Assembly: GCA_051294375.1 (NCBI GenBank)
Contig: CM119264.1
Span: 13,598,813 to 13,662,812 of the forward strand
DNA from: Paraspadella gotoi
Lineage: Eukaryota > Animalia > Chaetognatha
Length of the DNA stretch: 64,000 nucleotides
Direction of reading: 5' to 3'
In this document: positions 25,101 through 35,756 of the stretch, in pieces
How positions within the stretch are numbered: position 1 is the stretch's first letter
Layout of the letters: every line of letters begins with the position of its first letter
Translations under genes and position numbers: made by a program
The notes under the pieces: model-generated
The model's database searches: none
The model's input: the letters and a program-made list of their open reading frames with translations, nothing else
What the model was told of the DNA's origin: nothing

Positions 25101-26188
25101 TTGAACTCTCTACATTAAAGCGTAGCAAAAATATTAAAATCAAATAGAATCAAAATTCGAATAGTAGATTATGAATAGGCTTGTATCTGTGAACATTGAT
25201 ATATAATTTTTTTTTTAAATTTCTCAATTTTCACATTTTTATGCATAGAAAATGTAAAAAATTTAAAATATATTTTTTTCTTTTTCACATACGCCCATAT
25301 TTATGCATAGTATTTACCATAGAAAATGTTAAAAATTTAAAAAAGATTTTATTTTTCAAAGCAGATTCGAATTCTCTCACGAAAAGTTGATAAAAGGAAA
25401 TATAACTCTTTTTAGAACATTATTTCATTAAGTGGGTCAAAATCCTAAAAAATTATAGTTTACCTATAATTTAATTTTAGTATGAAAAATATAGTTTTTT
25501 ATATATTTTTAGCTTACTTAATAAAATAATTTTTAATTAAGACTTATGTTTTTTTCTATCAACTTTTTATGAGGAAAACGAATCTGCTTCTCAAACTAAA
25601 GAAAAACCTATTTTAAAATTGTGACATTTTCTATGGTAAGTAATATGTAAAAATATGGGCGTATACGAAAATTGAGAAATTAACCCAAAAAAATTATATA
25701 GTATAGTGTTCGTTAGTAAAACACTGTTCATGAACAACTATTCGAATTTTGATCTGCAACTTTCACTATGCCTTACTGTACGTGTTCCGTGGAAACTTTT
25801 CAGTAAGAAGGTGACAGAATTCTGTGCGACGTCTCGCATCGGCTTGTTGCGTTTATCCCCATTGATACTGTGCTACCGCCTCTTTCAAGCGAGTTGTTCC
25901 GCGTTTTCCTTGTTCTAATTAGGGCTTTCCCGAAATACTTCGACCGGTGCTGGCTTTTCTACTGGCGGAGTCCCTCGCAACGGGCCGCCCGTGGCGCATG
26001 GTATGGGCGATCACCCTGGGTTCTACGGAAGCGGAGCTGTCGCTGCGATTGCAACTGCCGGAGCTTCTTCTGGAGCCGCCGGGTCTAGCGGATCTGCCGG
26101 ATATGTTCTGTCCCAAGGTTCCGATATGAATCCCAAGCTTCAGCCGAGCAAAGCGTTCGGCTTTCCTCTCAATGGAGTTGGCATCTAA
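9866..26188 (+). CDS. A1CF: A1CF/RBM46/RBM47-family RNA-binding protein, isoform with proximal last exon. Coding exons 9866-10010, 10086-10282, 10432-10609, 10783-10949, 11687-11861, 12068-12165, 12295-12394, 12869-12995, 13819-13972, 14173-14256, 18901-18999, 20133-20274, 21421-21534, 25923-26188 (2046 nt, 681 aa)
   Basis: All introns are GT-AG with consistent phases. Translation gives [26 protein letters not shown]1 [27 protein letters not shown]2 [37 protein letters not shown]3 [35 protein letters not shown], and a dsRBM-like [35 protein letters not shown], all typical of A1CF/RBM46/47. Exact orthology is uncertain (could be a co-ortholog). Confidence 0.9.
10086..10282 (+). CDS. A1CF: A1CF-like exon 2 (RRM1)
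   Basis: gtcag| and |gtactt; RNP2 VFVGKI, RNP1 RGYAFVMY. Confidence 0.95.
10432..10609 (+). CDS. A1CF: A1CF-like exon 3 (end of RRM1, start of RRM2)
   Basis: tttag| and |gtgaaa; [31 protein letters not shown]. Confidence 0.95.
10783..10949 (+). CDS. A1CF: A1CF-like exon 4 (RRM2)
   Basis: ttcag| and |gtaagt; [36 protein letters not shown]. Confidence 0.95.
11687..11861 (+). CDS. A1CF: A1CF-like exon 5 (RRM3)
   Basis: gacag| and |gtttgt; [31 protein letters not shown]. Confidence 0.95.
12068..12165 (+). CDS. A1CF: A1CF-like exon 6 (end of RRM3)
   Basis: ttcag| and |gtaaaa; [16 protein letters not shown]. Confidence 0.9.
12295..12394 (+). CDS. A1CF: A1CF-like exon 7 (low-complexity linker)
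   Basis: ttcag| and |gttaaa; open and phase-compatible ([24 protein letters not shown]..). Confidence 0.75.
12869..12995 (+). CDS. A1CF: A1CF-like exon 8 (Ala-rich linker)
   Basis: tgcag| and |gtgagt; phase-compatible. Confidence 0.8.
13819..13972 (+). CDS. A1CF: A1CF-like exon 9 (RG box)
   Basis: cttag| and |gtaaga; [15 protein letters not shown]. Confidence 0.88.
14173..14256 (+). CDS. A1CF: A1CF-like exon 10 (84 nt, symmetric phase 0)
   Basis: cttag| and |gtataa; [28 protein letters not shown] resembles the A1CF segment just before the dsRBM. Confidence 0.75.
16099..16136 (-). ncRNA. minimal type I hammerhead ribozyme motif
   Basis: CUGAUGA-A-GACUC-loop-GAGUC-GAAA-CAUG-UA. Confidence 0.8.
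16747..16784 (+). ncRNA. minimal type I hammerhead ribozyme motif
   Basis: CUGAUGA-A-GACUC-loop-GAGUU-GAAA-CAUG-UA. Confidence 0.75.
18901..18999 (+). CDS. A1CF: A1CF-like exon 11 (dsRBM-like, N-terminal half)
   Basis: long pyrimidine tract ggtag| and |gtagga; [25 protein letters not shown]. Confidence 0.9.
20133..20274 (+). CDS. A1CF: A1CF-like exon 12 (dsRBM-like, C-terminal half)
   Basis: caaag| and |gtaagt; [25 protein letters not shown]. Confidence 0.9.
20369..21217. mobile_element. MITE-like element with ~35-bp inverted ends, containing TTAGG-like repeats and a decayed hammerhead insertion
   Basis: ATTCCTGGAGATCAATACGCTCTGGAGGC versus GCCTCCAGAGCGTATTCAACTCCGGAAT. Confidence 0.55.
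21421..21534 (+). CDS. A1CF: A1CF-like exon 13 (symmetric phase 1)
   Basis: tttag| and |gtatat; open, GC-rich relative to flanks. Confidence 0.7.
21707..23957. mobile_element. decayed Tc1/mariner-like MITE interrupted by a LINE fragment
   Basis: TA|CAGTGTATTCAAATG.. and ..CATTGGGACACACTG|TA degenerate TIRs. Confidence 0.5.
22190..23295 (-). mobile_element. 5'-truncated non-LTR retrotransposon; reverse transcriptase C-terminal ORF 22328-23290 (RTE-X-like by inference)
   Basis: [32 protein letters not shown] (catalytic YADD mutated), WKYLG; 3' UTR ending CGAATAAA. Confidence 0.9.
24817..25050 (+). mobile_element. Penelope-like hairpin insertion with hammerhead motifs
   Basis: Near-perfect ~90-bp inverted arms; tail CAACGAAAAGAGAG; TSD TACATTAAAATA at 24805-24816 and 25051-25062. 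Confidence 0.82.
24911..24961 (+). ncRNA. minimal type I hammerhead ribozyme motif
   Basis: CUGAUGA-A-GACUC..GAGUC-GAAA-CAUG-UA-CUAUG; 14-nt duplication in stem II. The minus-strand partner at 24865-24901 reads CUUAUGA. Confidence 0.8.
25116..25775. mobile_element. fold-back hAT-like MITE (TAAAGC..GCCTTA), same family as 29426-30031
   Basis: Inverted arms (ATACGCCCATAT / ATATGGGCGTAT etc.); shared ends and internal CATTAAGTGGGTCAAAA motif. Confidence 0.65.
25923..26188 (+). CDS. A1CF: A1CF-like proximal terminal exon (Gly/Ser/Ala-rich, ends GVGI*)
   Basis: attag| acceptor in phase 1, open to TAA at 26186-26188; AATAAA at 26403-26408. Confidence 0.7.
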
Positions 26189-26402
26189 AATTTCGGTTTC
26201 TCTTAATCCTTTTAAACTTAAAAGTAGCGAAGCTGGTATCGATTTTACTGCGACGTTGATAGCAAGTTTACGCGGTTAGATTTCATTTCCGATGAGGATT
26301 GAATTCACTGAAGGAGAACGTCGGTTTTTGATAGTCTTTAACTCCCCCTTTGATTCTTCATTTTCTCGGGTGTGTGTTTTCGTTTTTACCATAAAAAAGT
26401 GA

Positions 26403-26408
26403 AATAAA
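26403..26408 (+). terminator. candidate polyadenylation signal of the proximal terminal exon
   Basis: AATAAA ~215 nt after the stop codon, followed by a T-rich tract. Confidence 0.45.
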
Positions 26409-28316
26409 TTGAAATATGCGTGAATCGGTTATTTTTTTTTCGCCTACCGCTTGTATGATGATATGATTTTATTCTTCATCGCACTTATAAACTTTTATCA
26501 ATTCTTTTTCAGTTTATTTTCTACTTTTCATTCCAAATGATGGATTCCAAATATAAGATTTAATGCATTTTAAAATCAGATGTATTCGAAGCTTACACCA
26601 TACACACACACACACCATTTTCCTTATTTTTTTTCCTAAATATTATCGTTTTTATTTGACGCAAAAAGAGCGTGATTCGAATCAGATTAGTTTTCTTCTC
26701 TTTCCTATTTTAACAAATCAATAGTTTCAAATATGTTGTATCTTAATTCGTGATTACAAATATTAGACTTGCACAAAAGTCCTACTGATTTTCAAACGAA
26801 AAAGCTTAAACTAATCATTTTGTGAACAATAATCATGACCATTTCTTCAAAAACACATTTATACGTTTTATCTAAATAGATAAGTTGGAAATGCAACTTG
26901 AGTGCTTTCACGATCATGCCTTTTTGTTATTCCCTCTGATACAAAGGAAACAAATCAATTCACTTTCCTGCATTTTTTGATCAATATCTCAGTTTAATGA
27001 TTGTTACTTTATTAATCACGGTTTAGTATTTCTGTAACGAAACCAAGCCTTCATTAAGTTTGTAGACGGCTGACCGCTCTCTGTAACTGTAGCATTGGTT
27101 AATTATCTGGTAATTACTGTTTTTATCATAATATATTATTAGTTTCAAGTGATGTCGAAGTTTGAAAAAAAAATGTTAAAAATACGAGACTTGCCTCGTT
27201 AATGAAAAAATATTTTTTCTCGATATAATAATATTCGAATTCACTGAAACATATTGATAGCAACTAAGTTACAGAGAGACGTCATTATTATTACCAAGTG
27301 ACGAACGGGGGTTAATCTGTTAAATTGAAGAATACTAATAACTATAGTTTCATTACAGTAACTTTTAACCTTATTTCGCACTTGCGACTTAGCCGAGATC
27401 TATGGTATGGGTCAAATCATTGATAAAAAACTAAAAAAAATTTAGTGGTATAATTAGTTATATAATTTTTTAGTTATAAATTAAGTTTTTTTGATTATTA
27501 TTAATTAAATGTTACTCTTTCTAATTGTATTGGCACTGGTCATTATCGTTATGCAAGTCAATTTCAAATTTGAAATTGTATGGCTCAGTTTATTTAGTAA
27601 ATTGTAGATGTAGTGCATGTTAGCAAAATACAATAATTCTGTTCGTCTGTTAGTATAGTCGTTTTTTATTTTTTAGTTAGCTATCTTTACGACTTGTGCA
27701 TAAAGAATTGCATGCAGTGCGTTTTTCTCCTAAATCAAAAAAGACGGACTTGTCTCGTTTCGTTCACCTTTGATCGACTATTATTATGTTAATTCATATC
27801 ACGCCCTTAAAAAATTAGATTTTTTCTATTAAAATTTTTTTTCTCGTATGGCGTGTATACTTTAGCCTTGATTTTGTTGAAAATCGGAATATAATATTTT
27901 TCTTGTAATGTTGTATTTTTCTTTGAGTTTGAGAATCGACTTTGAGTGAAATCGCGAGCAGTAGGTGCCCCATATAGTGGACCAAGGGTAAGCAAATAAA
28001 AATTCTTATTTGCTAGTCGGTTATTCTATTTGAGAACAGATCATTTCCTATGATATAGCCTTCTGCCACTGGGCGGATAAATGCGGAAGAATGATTTTTA
28101 ATATTTTCTTCACGGTTTTAAGTCGTGTAGTCTCAGGTCAGGATATCATTTGGGTGAGTTAAAGAGCTACGTTTGTCGATCCTTATTCTTAACTTCGTCA
28201 TGGCGTCAACTATCGGACATATTATGGAGTTTTTGTAGAAACAACGGTTTTATAACTTCCTCTCTTGATTGAGCTTAGTTATCCTAAAATTTTAAATCCC
28301 ACGTTTTATTTCTTAG

Positions 28317-28450
28317 TCGTTCAGCAATTTGCGCTTCAAACGCAAGCTTATCCCGCACAACTTCAACAGGTAATAATGCGACAATCTTTGTTACTATTAT
28401 TCATTTAGTTTACTGATTCATTTATCTTTGTTGTACATTTCAAAATGTAA

Positions 28451-28545
<95 letters not shown>

Positions 28546-31410
28546 CACCATTTCAAAAATCAACTTATTTCCCCTTTTTCCTGTCTTTACCTTCACCTGT
28601 CCTGAAATCTGACCACTGTCCTTTCTCAATTCTTTGTTGGAATCTCTCTCTCTCTCTCTCATCTCTCTCTCACACTCACACTCACTCACTCTCTATCCCC
28701 AACTTTATGATTATGATTGTGAAAATTACAACTGTCAAATGCTGATGAAGACTCGAAAAACAAGAGTCGAAACATGTCCAATACTCTGTAATAAAAATCG
28801 TTGTAAAAAATACTAAAAACTCTCGTTTTCGAATCTGCTGACAATCTGATATAATTATATGAACAATTGCAAGATTACTTGTTTTACTAAATTAGACATT
28901 ACAATTTTAAAATGTAAACATATTAAAAATTTTACTATATAATAGATTTAATTATTTTCTTTATATAGAGTATATTCTTTTATAATGTAATGGGGAGAGA
29001 GATATTAGTGGACTTCTGATATATAATATTATATTCTTATATATAATTATTATTTGTTTATTATTATTATTATTTGTTTCATCATAGCCACGTCAAATAC
29101 ATCCTTGCCCATCCTTGCTCATGACGAGTGAGAATTTAGTTAGATCGCTCATTAGTAGATTTGCCACAGCTCTTCGTTCTATAATAATAACTATAATAAT
29201 TGCAATAATTAGCTCCCTCGGTAGAATTGGAACGGGTCCTGGGCATGGAACCGTTCTTGGTGGTTTTCTACGCCATCCTCACGCTTCCAGTAGGTTAGGC
29301 GCCCGGTTGGGATTAATTGACCCAGTACCCAGTTGTCATGTAGCTGTAATGTACCGACGGAATAACTCCCTTTGTCTTAATTGATTGACGAATAATCGTC
29401 AAGTTTCGTCTTTTCGTACCTACATTAAGGCGTAGTAAAATTCCTAAGTTTAACTTTAATTAAAATTCTAAAAGTAAGGAACGAACAATATTATACTTAT
29501 GAACATTTATGTATAAAAAAAATTATATAAAATTTTACAATTTACGCAGTAGGCCATATTTATACTCGTACTAAACCAATAAATGTTAAAATTTCAAAAC
29601 AGTTTTTTCTAAGATTTTTTTGCAGATTTGTGTTCGTCATAAAAAGTTGACAAAAAGAAATAATACTCTTTTTGAAAAATTCCTTCATTAAGTGGGTCAA
29701 AAATTAGAAAAAGCTAAATTTTAAGCTGAAAATTAACTTTTTATATATTAAATATAGTTTTTTTAATTTTTACCCACTTAATGAAAGAATTTTTAAAAAT
29801 GATTTGTTTTCTTTTATCAACTTTTGAGAGGAATTCAAATCTGCAATCAAAATTAAGATTAGCCTATTTTAAAATTTTTCGATTTTATAAGGATAGTACT
29901 ATATATAAATATAGCTACTGCGAAAATTAAAAAACATAAAATTAATTTTTTTTACAAATTAATGTTCACTGATGGTATGTTGTTCATAATTGACTTTTAG
30001 AATTTTCGTATGTAACTTTCACTAAGCCTTAACCTACATATATTCTCATTGAGGTTTATTTGTCTTGACAGATGTCATCGAACGACTATTATGCTGCAGT
30101 GGCAGCCGCTGCTTATCAACAACAGGCTCTTGTTCAAGCTCAACAGGCAGCAATGGCGCTACAGTTGCAAGCCGTCGCTTCTGCCACAGGTGGTTTGTGA
30201 TACTTTTCATTGAGAAGCGATTGTGAAATAATGGAATTCTTATTAATTGTTAATCGCTTTATGGATTTATTTACCCCCTGAAATTGTGCTTTTTTCTTCT
30301 TACAAAGAAGATTTGTTTATTTGTTTTATTATGAGCATTTTCCCTTTACTTTTTATAAAAATTTGTTTTTCTATCAGCACCCTCTAGATCTTCACTTGCA
30401 CCTGCTCTTACAAAAAAATAGCAATTTTTTATATATTTTAATCTTAATAAATCAGATGGTTGTACAAACAATAGCATTTTTAAAAACAAAATATTAAACA
30501 GTGGCTGCGCTAATATATTGATAGGGAAGCCAGGTACTCTGGGAGTGAATAAACGAGACTGTGAGAGAGTCTTGATTGAAAGCTTGCAGGGACCTGCTAT
30601 ATCATTATCTTGTAAGAGTGATGGAGGCCTTAAACCACCAAAGCCTGTCCATTGTCCAAAGTCGGGGGCATTTATTAAATGAATGGATAATTTTATATTG
30701 GTTGTACCAATTTCATATGTAAATCACTTTCTAAGGCTGAACTGTTACTGCGGCACTAATAATATTTTGGTATTTGTAAAAATATTTTATAAATCAAAAT
30801 AATATTTTTATTTTGATATATGATTAAAATTATTTGATAAAAACATTGAATAAGAAATAGAATAAGATAAAATAGATATAATTTTTTTGAATATTCTTTT
30901 ATCTTATAAATTTTTTTTTAGAGATATTTTTTTATCAGAGAATTTTAATCATATATTAAAATAAAAGTAATATATAATTATTAACAGTTCAGTTTAAGAC
31001 CTTGAAAGCAATTGACATGTATTGGCGCAGCCACTGGTTATACTTATTAATAGAAAAGCAGTCAAATTTTTTCGTAAAAACTGGAAGAGACTTCGTGAAT
31101 CCGTCCTATACATTTCGATTGGATTATAATTTATACATACGAGAAGATTTGACCCGTTAAGAAAAGTCTGAATTACAATAAATGAAGAACAATAAACGTT
31201 AATACAATCATACTTCGTAATTAGGGGTTTCGACCTTAAAATAAATCTTCCACTCTCGAAGGTCCTATTGCCTCGATGCCTTCAGTCTCGCCGCCACAGC
31301 CTCAGACCTCGCCCAATAGCGGTTACTCTGCCGCCGACGTCGCAACTGCCGCAAGCGTTGCCACCTCTGTTGCTCCACAGATTTATGCGGCCACTGCTAC
31401 TCACTACTGA
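28317..31410 (+). CDS. A1CF: A1CF-like alternative distal 3' exons 28317-28369, 30072-30189, 31262-31410 (Gln/Ala-rich tail ending THY*)
   Basis: Three AG/GT-bounded exons chain in phase 1>0>1: VQQFALQTQAYPAQLQQ / MSSNDYYAAVAAAAYQQQALVQAQQAAMALQLQAVASAT / GPIASMPSVSPPQPQTSP..THY-TGA. Confidence 0.7.
28742..28778 (+). ncRNA. minimal type I hammerhead ribozyme motif in a Penelope-like repeat (~28405-28835)
   Basis: CUGAUGA-A-GACUC-GAAAAACAA-GAGUC-GAAA-CAUG-UC; upstream TACCTTCACCTGTCCT..TCTGACCACTGTCCTTT shared with the 16.6-kb copy. Confidence 0.82.
29426..30031. mobile_element. fold-back hAT-like MITE
   Basis: TAAGGCGTAGT..ACTAAGCCTTA ends; 8-bp TSD ACCTACAT at 29418-29425 and 30032-30039 (nnnTAnnn). 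Confidence 0.75.
30499..31036. mobile_element. MITE with 20-bp TIR CAGTGGCTGCGCYAATA
   Basis: 18/20 inverted match; no clear TSD. Confidence 0.6.
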
Positions 31411-32727
31411 GACGGGGAAGACAGTACGTAGAGAGATGGAAACAAAAAATATATATCACGGGTGCCACGTAATGAGATTTCTTAACTTTTTTAAGTATTA
31501 TTGTACCAAATTTTCATTTGGTAAATATTATTCAAGAGGATATGGAAGGTTTTTTTTTCTTTTTTTTTTCTCCCGAGGGTTGAGAAGCGAGACAATGTAT
31601 TGTTGATTATAACATTGTTAATACCGACGGAAAGGGTAGTTGTCAGTATTGTTAGTACATGCTGTGTGATCAGTTAACACGACTATACTAAGTTCACCGT
31701 CGTTACTTTTGTTTTTTAGGCGGCATGATTTTGTCGGGTCTCGTCCCTTGGTCTTTTTTCATTTTTTAGTTTGAAGATGATCATGATGATTGTCTTGATT
31801 TTTTATAGCCACCAGTTAACTCTTGACCGAGTGTTATAAATCTTTCTTTGAGATTACCTTTTTTAATAGACGTACTTTCAATATATTTTTTATATATTTT
31901 CAGTGGTCTAGGCAATTATTAGACCGTTTATTTTTATTATATACTTCTTCTAGTCCTTGTCAAACGTGTGTTTTTTCTTTACTTGTCTTGGGTGTTATTT
32001 GACTTTATTGGTAAGATTTAACTAGGTTGCTGACGTATCTCAGCGCTAGATGACTGATCAACGGTTGTGATACCGATTGTTTGGTGACCGGTAAAAGTAT
32101 TATTGATAATTTAGAGATAGTATTATATTATATGACATAGATATCGGCTTTACTACTTCATGCAAAATATGTATAATGTATAGTCCCGCTTGATGGCCTT
32201 TTTTATTATTATTATTACGCTTTTCTTAAAATAATAATATTAGGATATTAGGGAGAAAATCCCAAATATTGCAAAGCGAATCTGTGATAATCACACTTAA
32301 GAATAGGTAGATCTTACCTTGACTTGTTTTAAGTCGGGAAAATGTAAGACTGCTGTCTTTTAGTCTTCTATTAATATAACTGAATGGCTGTTTTTAAGAA
32401 TCCCTTATTATAGAACAGATGTAGATAATTTTTCAGCACAAGTTGAAATATAATACGATTAATATATTTACGATTAAAATTCTCAAAACCAAAAATTGAT
32501 GAATCAAGAATTATAAGAATGAATTAAAAATGGATAAATTTATCGAATGTGTAATTAAAGTATAATGTATAATGATTTTTGAAATTTCGATCTTCATCTT
32601 CGATCTTAAATTCTTAATCAAAACGGCTCGAATAACTGGTAAGGAAGGCGTTGGGGGATACTGAATAAAAATATAACCGTTGGGGTAGCCCCCCTCAATG
32701 GGGAGAGTCAAAAATTTAGAGCGAGTA

Positions 32728-33744
32728 CAGTGGTGGGACCCTGTATCGAGACAAAATTTCAAAAATCATTACTCTAAAGCTCTTAATGATTTTTTAAAAT
32801 CTGAATAAATATTCGTATAGTACTTTTAAACTTAGCTCTTAACTTTTAGATGATATATTTATAGTTTTGAAAATATTTGATATTATTCTTTTTTTTATGC
32901 AGCAAAGGTTTTCTCCGCGCGATTTAGAAGAAAAATGTTTGAATACTTAGGGTAGTGGGGGGTAATTCGGAACATTGACATATAAATTAGAATATAAAAA
33001 TTGGTTTAAAGATATTTTATAATTTTTTTGTCCATTTAATATTTCACCAACTTGACTTTCCATTATTAAAGTAACAACATTCCACTGCTGCTGCAGCAGC
33101 TACAGCAGCAATTTCAAAGCTGCTAGTCAAATTTCGTTTTTGAGTAGTCGTTTTCAAGCCTCTGTCAGTAGTATTTGACCTAAAATGATTATGGAATAGA
33201 GTGGAGCATTTAAGAAAAAAAAAATGATTTGAGTCAATTAACAATAATAATTTTATCCGAGATGATATGATTATTAAATATAAAAAATTATTTTGTTAAT
33301 ATTGTTTCGGAAATAGAAGAGCAAAATACAATATATTTATAGTATTATCCTTATAAAATAAAAAATTTTAAAAAATTTTTTTGGGAAATTTTTATTAAAG
33401 ATTCAGATTTCTCTTAAAAGTTAGACCAAAAGTATAAAATATGTTATTATAAATTTATATACTTACAGTATCTTTCTAACCTGAAATAATACTGCCAGGT
33501 TCAGAAACGACCACTGAAAAATATTAATAAGTATAGCTTTTATCGTATGTAATACAATGCGAGCGCATAAAACTTTTGAAAACATCCACGACGCCTTGTA
33601 GTTGCTTAAAAATATATTTGTTTTCATTTTATATAAAAGTAAAAGGCCATAAAAAACATTGGCCATTCATTTTGTTATTGTATCGCAAATCGTTCAGACA
33701 GGGCAGGACGTTAAATTTTGTCTCGTTATATTGTCCCACCCCTG
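32728..33744. mobile_element. Tc1/mariner-type MITE
   Basis: TA|CAGTGGTGGGAC..CGAGACAAAATTT and AAATTTTGTCTCG..GTCCCACCCCTG|TA. Confidence 0.7.
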
Positions 33745-34719
33745 TACTTTTAATGGTCAAATTTTTTTTTATATGGCTCTAGACCCTCGTAATTAATTTT
33801 GGCTGCAAATTTTTTTTAGAAATTTCAGATTTTAAGACCACATTGTAGCAAAAACAACACGCTACCTCAGTCTCAAATAATTGTACAACATCCAGCTCAT
33901 TAAAAGTTAAGAGAAAATGTAAGAATTTTTAAAAGCAGAATCATATTTTTTTACTTTTTATGCTCCATTAGAATCCATTAAAATTTTTTGGATTTCTTTA
34001 AAAAAATATTTTTAATAGGCTTTGGCTACCGTAACCAATTGTTACCTGTTGTAAATTACTATTATTATTTTTAGAAAGTATGCCCGGTGCATGATCGCCA
34101 TCTTCCGACGCCTAACTTTCCCTGTTTCGAGGATTTTAAGTCAACCGATTAGTTTTTATGCCAATTAATTGAATCGCCCAAAATGTTTTTTGTCGGGAGT
34201 GTGATTATCCGTCGATTAAGTAAAAAAATGCTTGACCAGATTTCACGTTCTTCCAACGAGCGACTCAAAAATTCCGTTGGTGGGATATTTATCAGTTTGA
34301 TAATTAAGAATTCTTTCGATACTCAAACCCATTTTCTCTCTCCACCCCCACCCCATCAACAGAGAAAACAAGCATTACAGACCGTTTTTCTTTCTTAGGC
34401 TTTTTATAAATTATATTTTAAGTTTTTCATTTCTCGTTATTTTTTTACTCACGTTGTGTATGTACCAAAAATATAAATAGGATTCAACTTCTACTGATGT
34501 TAGTATTATTTTTTCTTTGAATTTTGATAGTTGAATAAACTCTTAGCTATCACGGTATCTCTAACATATTGGAAGTGTATTTACGTAAATTCCTACGAAT
34601 TTGCTATCCAAAAAGCGATGTGGTCTAAGGGATGACACTGCGCGGTTCAAAAAAAAAATCTAATTCGTTGCTAAAGACAATATTATGATATAAAACTATT
34701 TTTAGAGAAAAAAAAGAAT

Positions 34720-34929
34720 TGACCGTGGGGTCACCAATCCTCACTGTAAGTGGAGCTTGCGAGGCAAGGCATCGGGCATCCATTGCGTATCGGGAGGTCT
34801 CCGACTGACCCGTTGGGTGAGGACAGGGGAGTCACCGTGCGGTTGTGGTAGCGTTGGGCGTTCCACAACGCTTTGAATAAGCGAATCATAGCTTGGAAGG
34901 AGATCAAAACGTCCTCCATCCCCGTTCAA
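34720..34929 (-). mobile_element. Penelope-like element remnant: end of GIY-YIG ORF plus 3' repeat with truncated hammerhead
   Basis: LNGDGGRFDLLPSYDSLI resembles the LNRDGG..L...Y terminus of PLE endonucleases; followed by GUGAGGA-UUGG-UGACC-CCAC-GGUCA. Confidence 0.5.
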
Positions 34930-35756
34930 ATAGTGAAAAGAAAAGTGAAATTTGTCAGTTGAAAAAGAGAAAGTTAAAGAAAGAAGCTCAAAGTGTGCTG
35001 GCCACCTCCCCCTTTATGGGCCGTCAAATGAAGGACAGTAGCAGATTATGGCTGATCATCTAAATTCAACCAACGAAATGAAAGGAAAATAAATATTTAA
35101 TTATCTTAATTTAACCCTTCTTAACCACCCCTAACCTTAAAACACCTTTAAACCACCCTTAATCCTTAACCCCTGTTGGCGAAATTAAAATTAACCAATT
35201 TGTATTTATAAACAGTTTTTATTTTTAAATTAGTGTTTAATATTAAAAATATTTTTACGGATTTGCTAATGGGAACTATTTTTAGCAGCGCGTTTCAAAT
35301 TGTCCCCAATTTTCGATTTAAGATAATGACGGCGATTCGCTTCAGGGGTGAAATTTGGTAAAGATATTTTCTTTTTTCTAGTTTACCTAGTCGTTAACTG
35401 AATAAAAGTAAGCAATTTTTAATTTACGAAAGTAGCTTTAAAACAACTATAACTGACAAATTTACAATTTAAATTGCTAAATTTAAGAAGAGAAACATTA
35501 TTTTAAATAAATTCAAACAAATTGATAATAAATTAGATATAAATTATTAAATTAATAAAATAGAATATTTTAGGGTATTAATTTTTAAACTATAAATATT
35601 TCTCAAATATAAAACTTTGCTTAACATTAAAATAAATAATAAAAAAAAACTGATCTTATTAAGAAAAAAATTAGCAGTTCAAAATGTATATATATATATA
35701 TATTAGCTTTGACCAAGTTTGGTGGCAGAGTTTGGAGTCCAGCTCATAGTTTTTTT

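Larger units (their letters stand above)
24010..25112. mobile_element. fold-back hAT-like MITE (TAGAG..CTCTA)
   Basis: TAGAGCGTTCAAAGATAACAAAATATAAG versus CTTATATTTTGTTATCTTTGAACTCTCTA; long internal inverted arms. Confidence 0.75.

Noticed and set aside
29088-29384. possible additional exon(s) between 28369 and 30072
   Set aside because: Phases do not fit the flanking exons and stops intervene
29425-30032. Kolobok/piggyBac classification from TTAA flanks
   Set aside because: A perfect 8-bp ACCTACAT duplication explains the flanks better, and the sister copy lacks a right-hand TTAA
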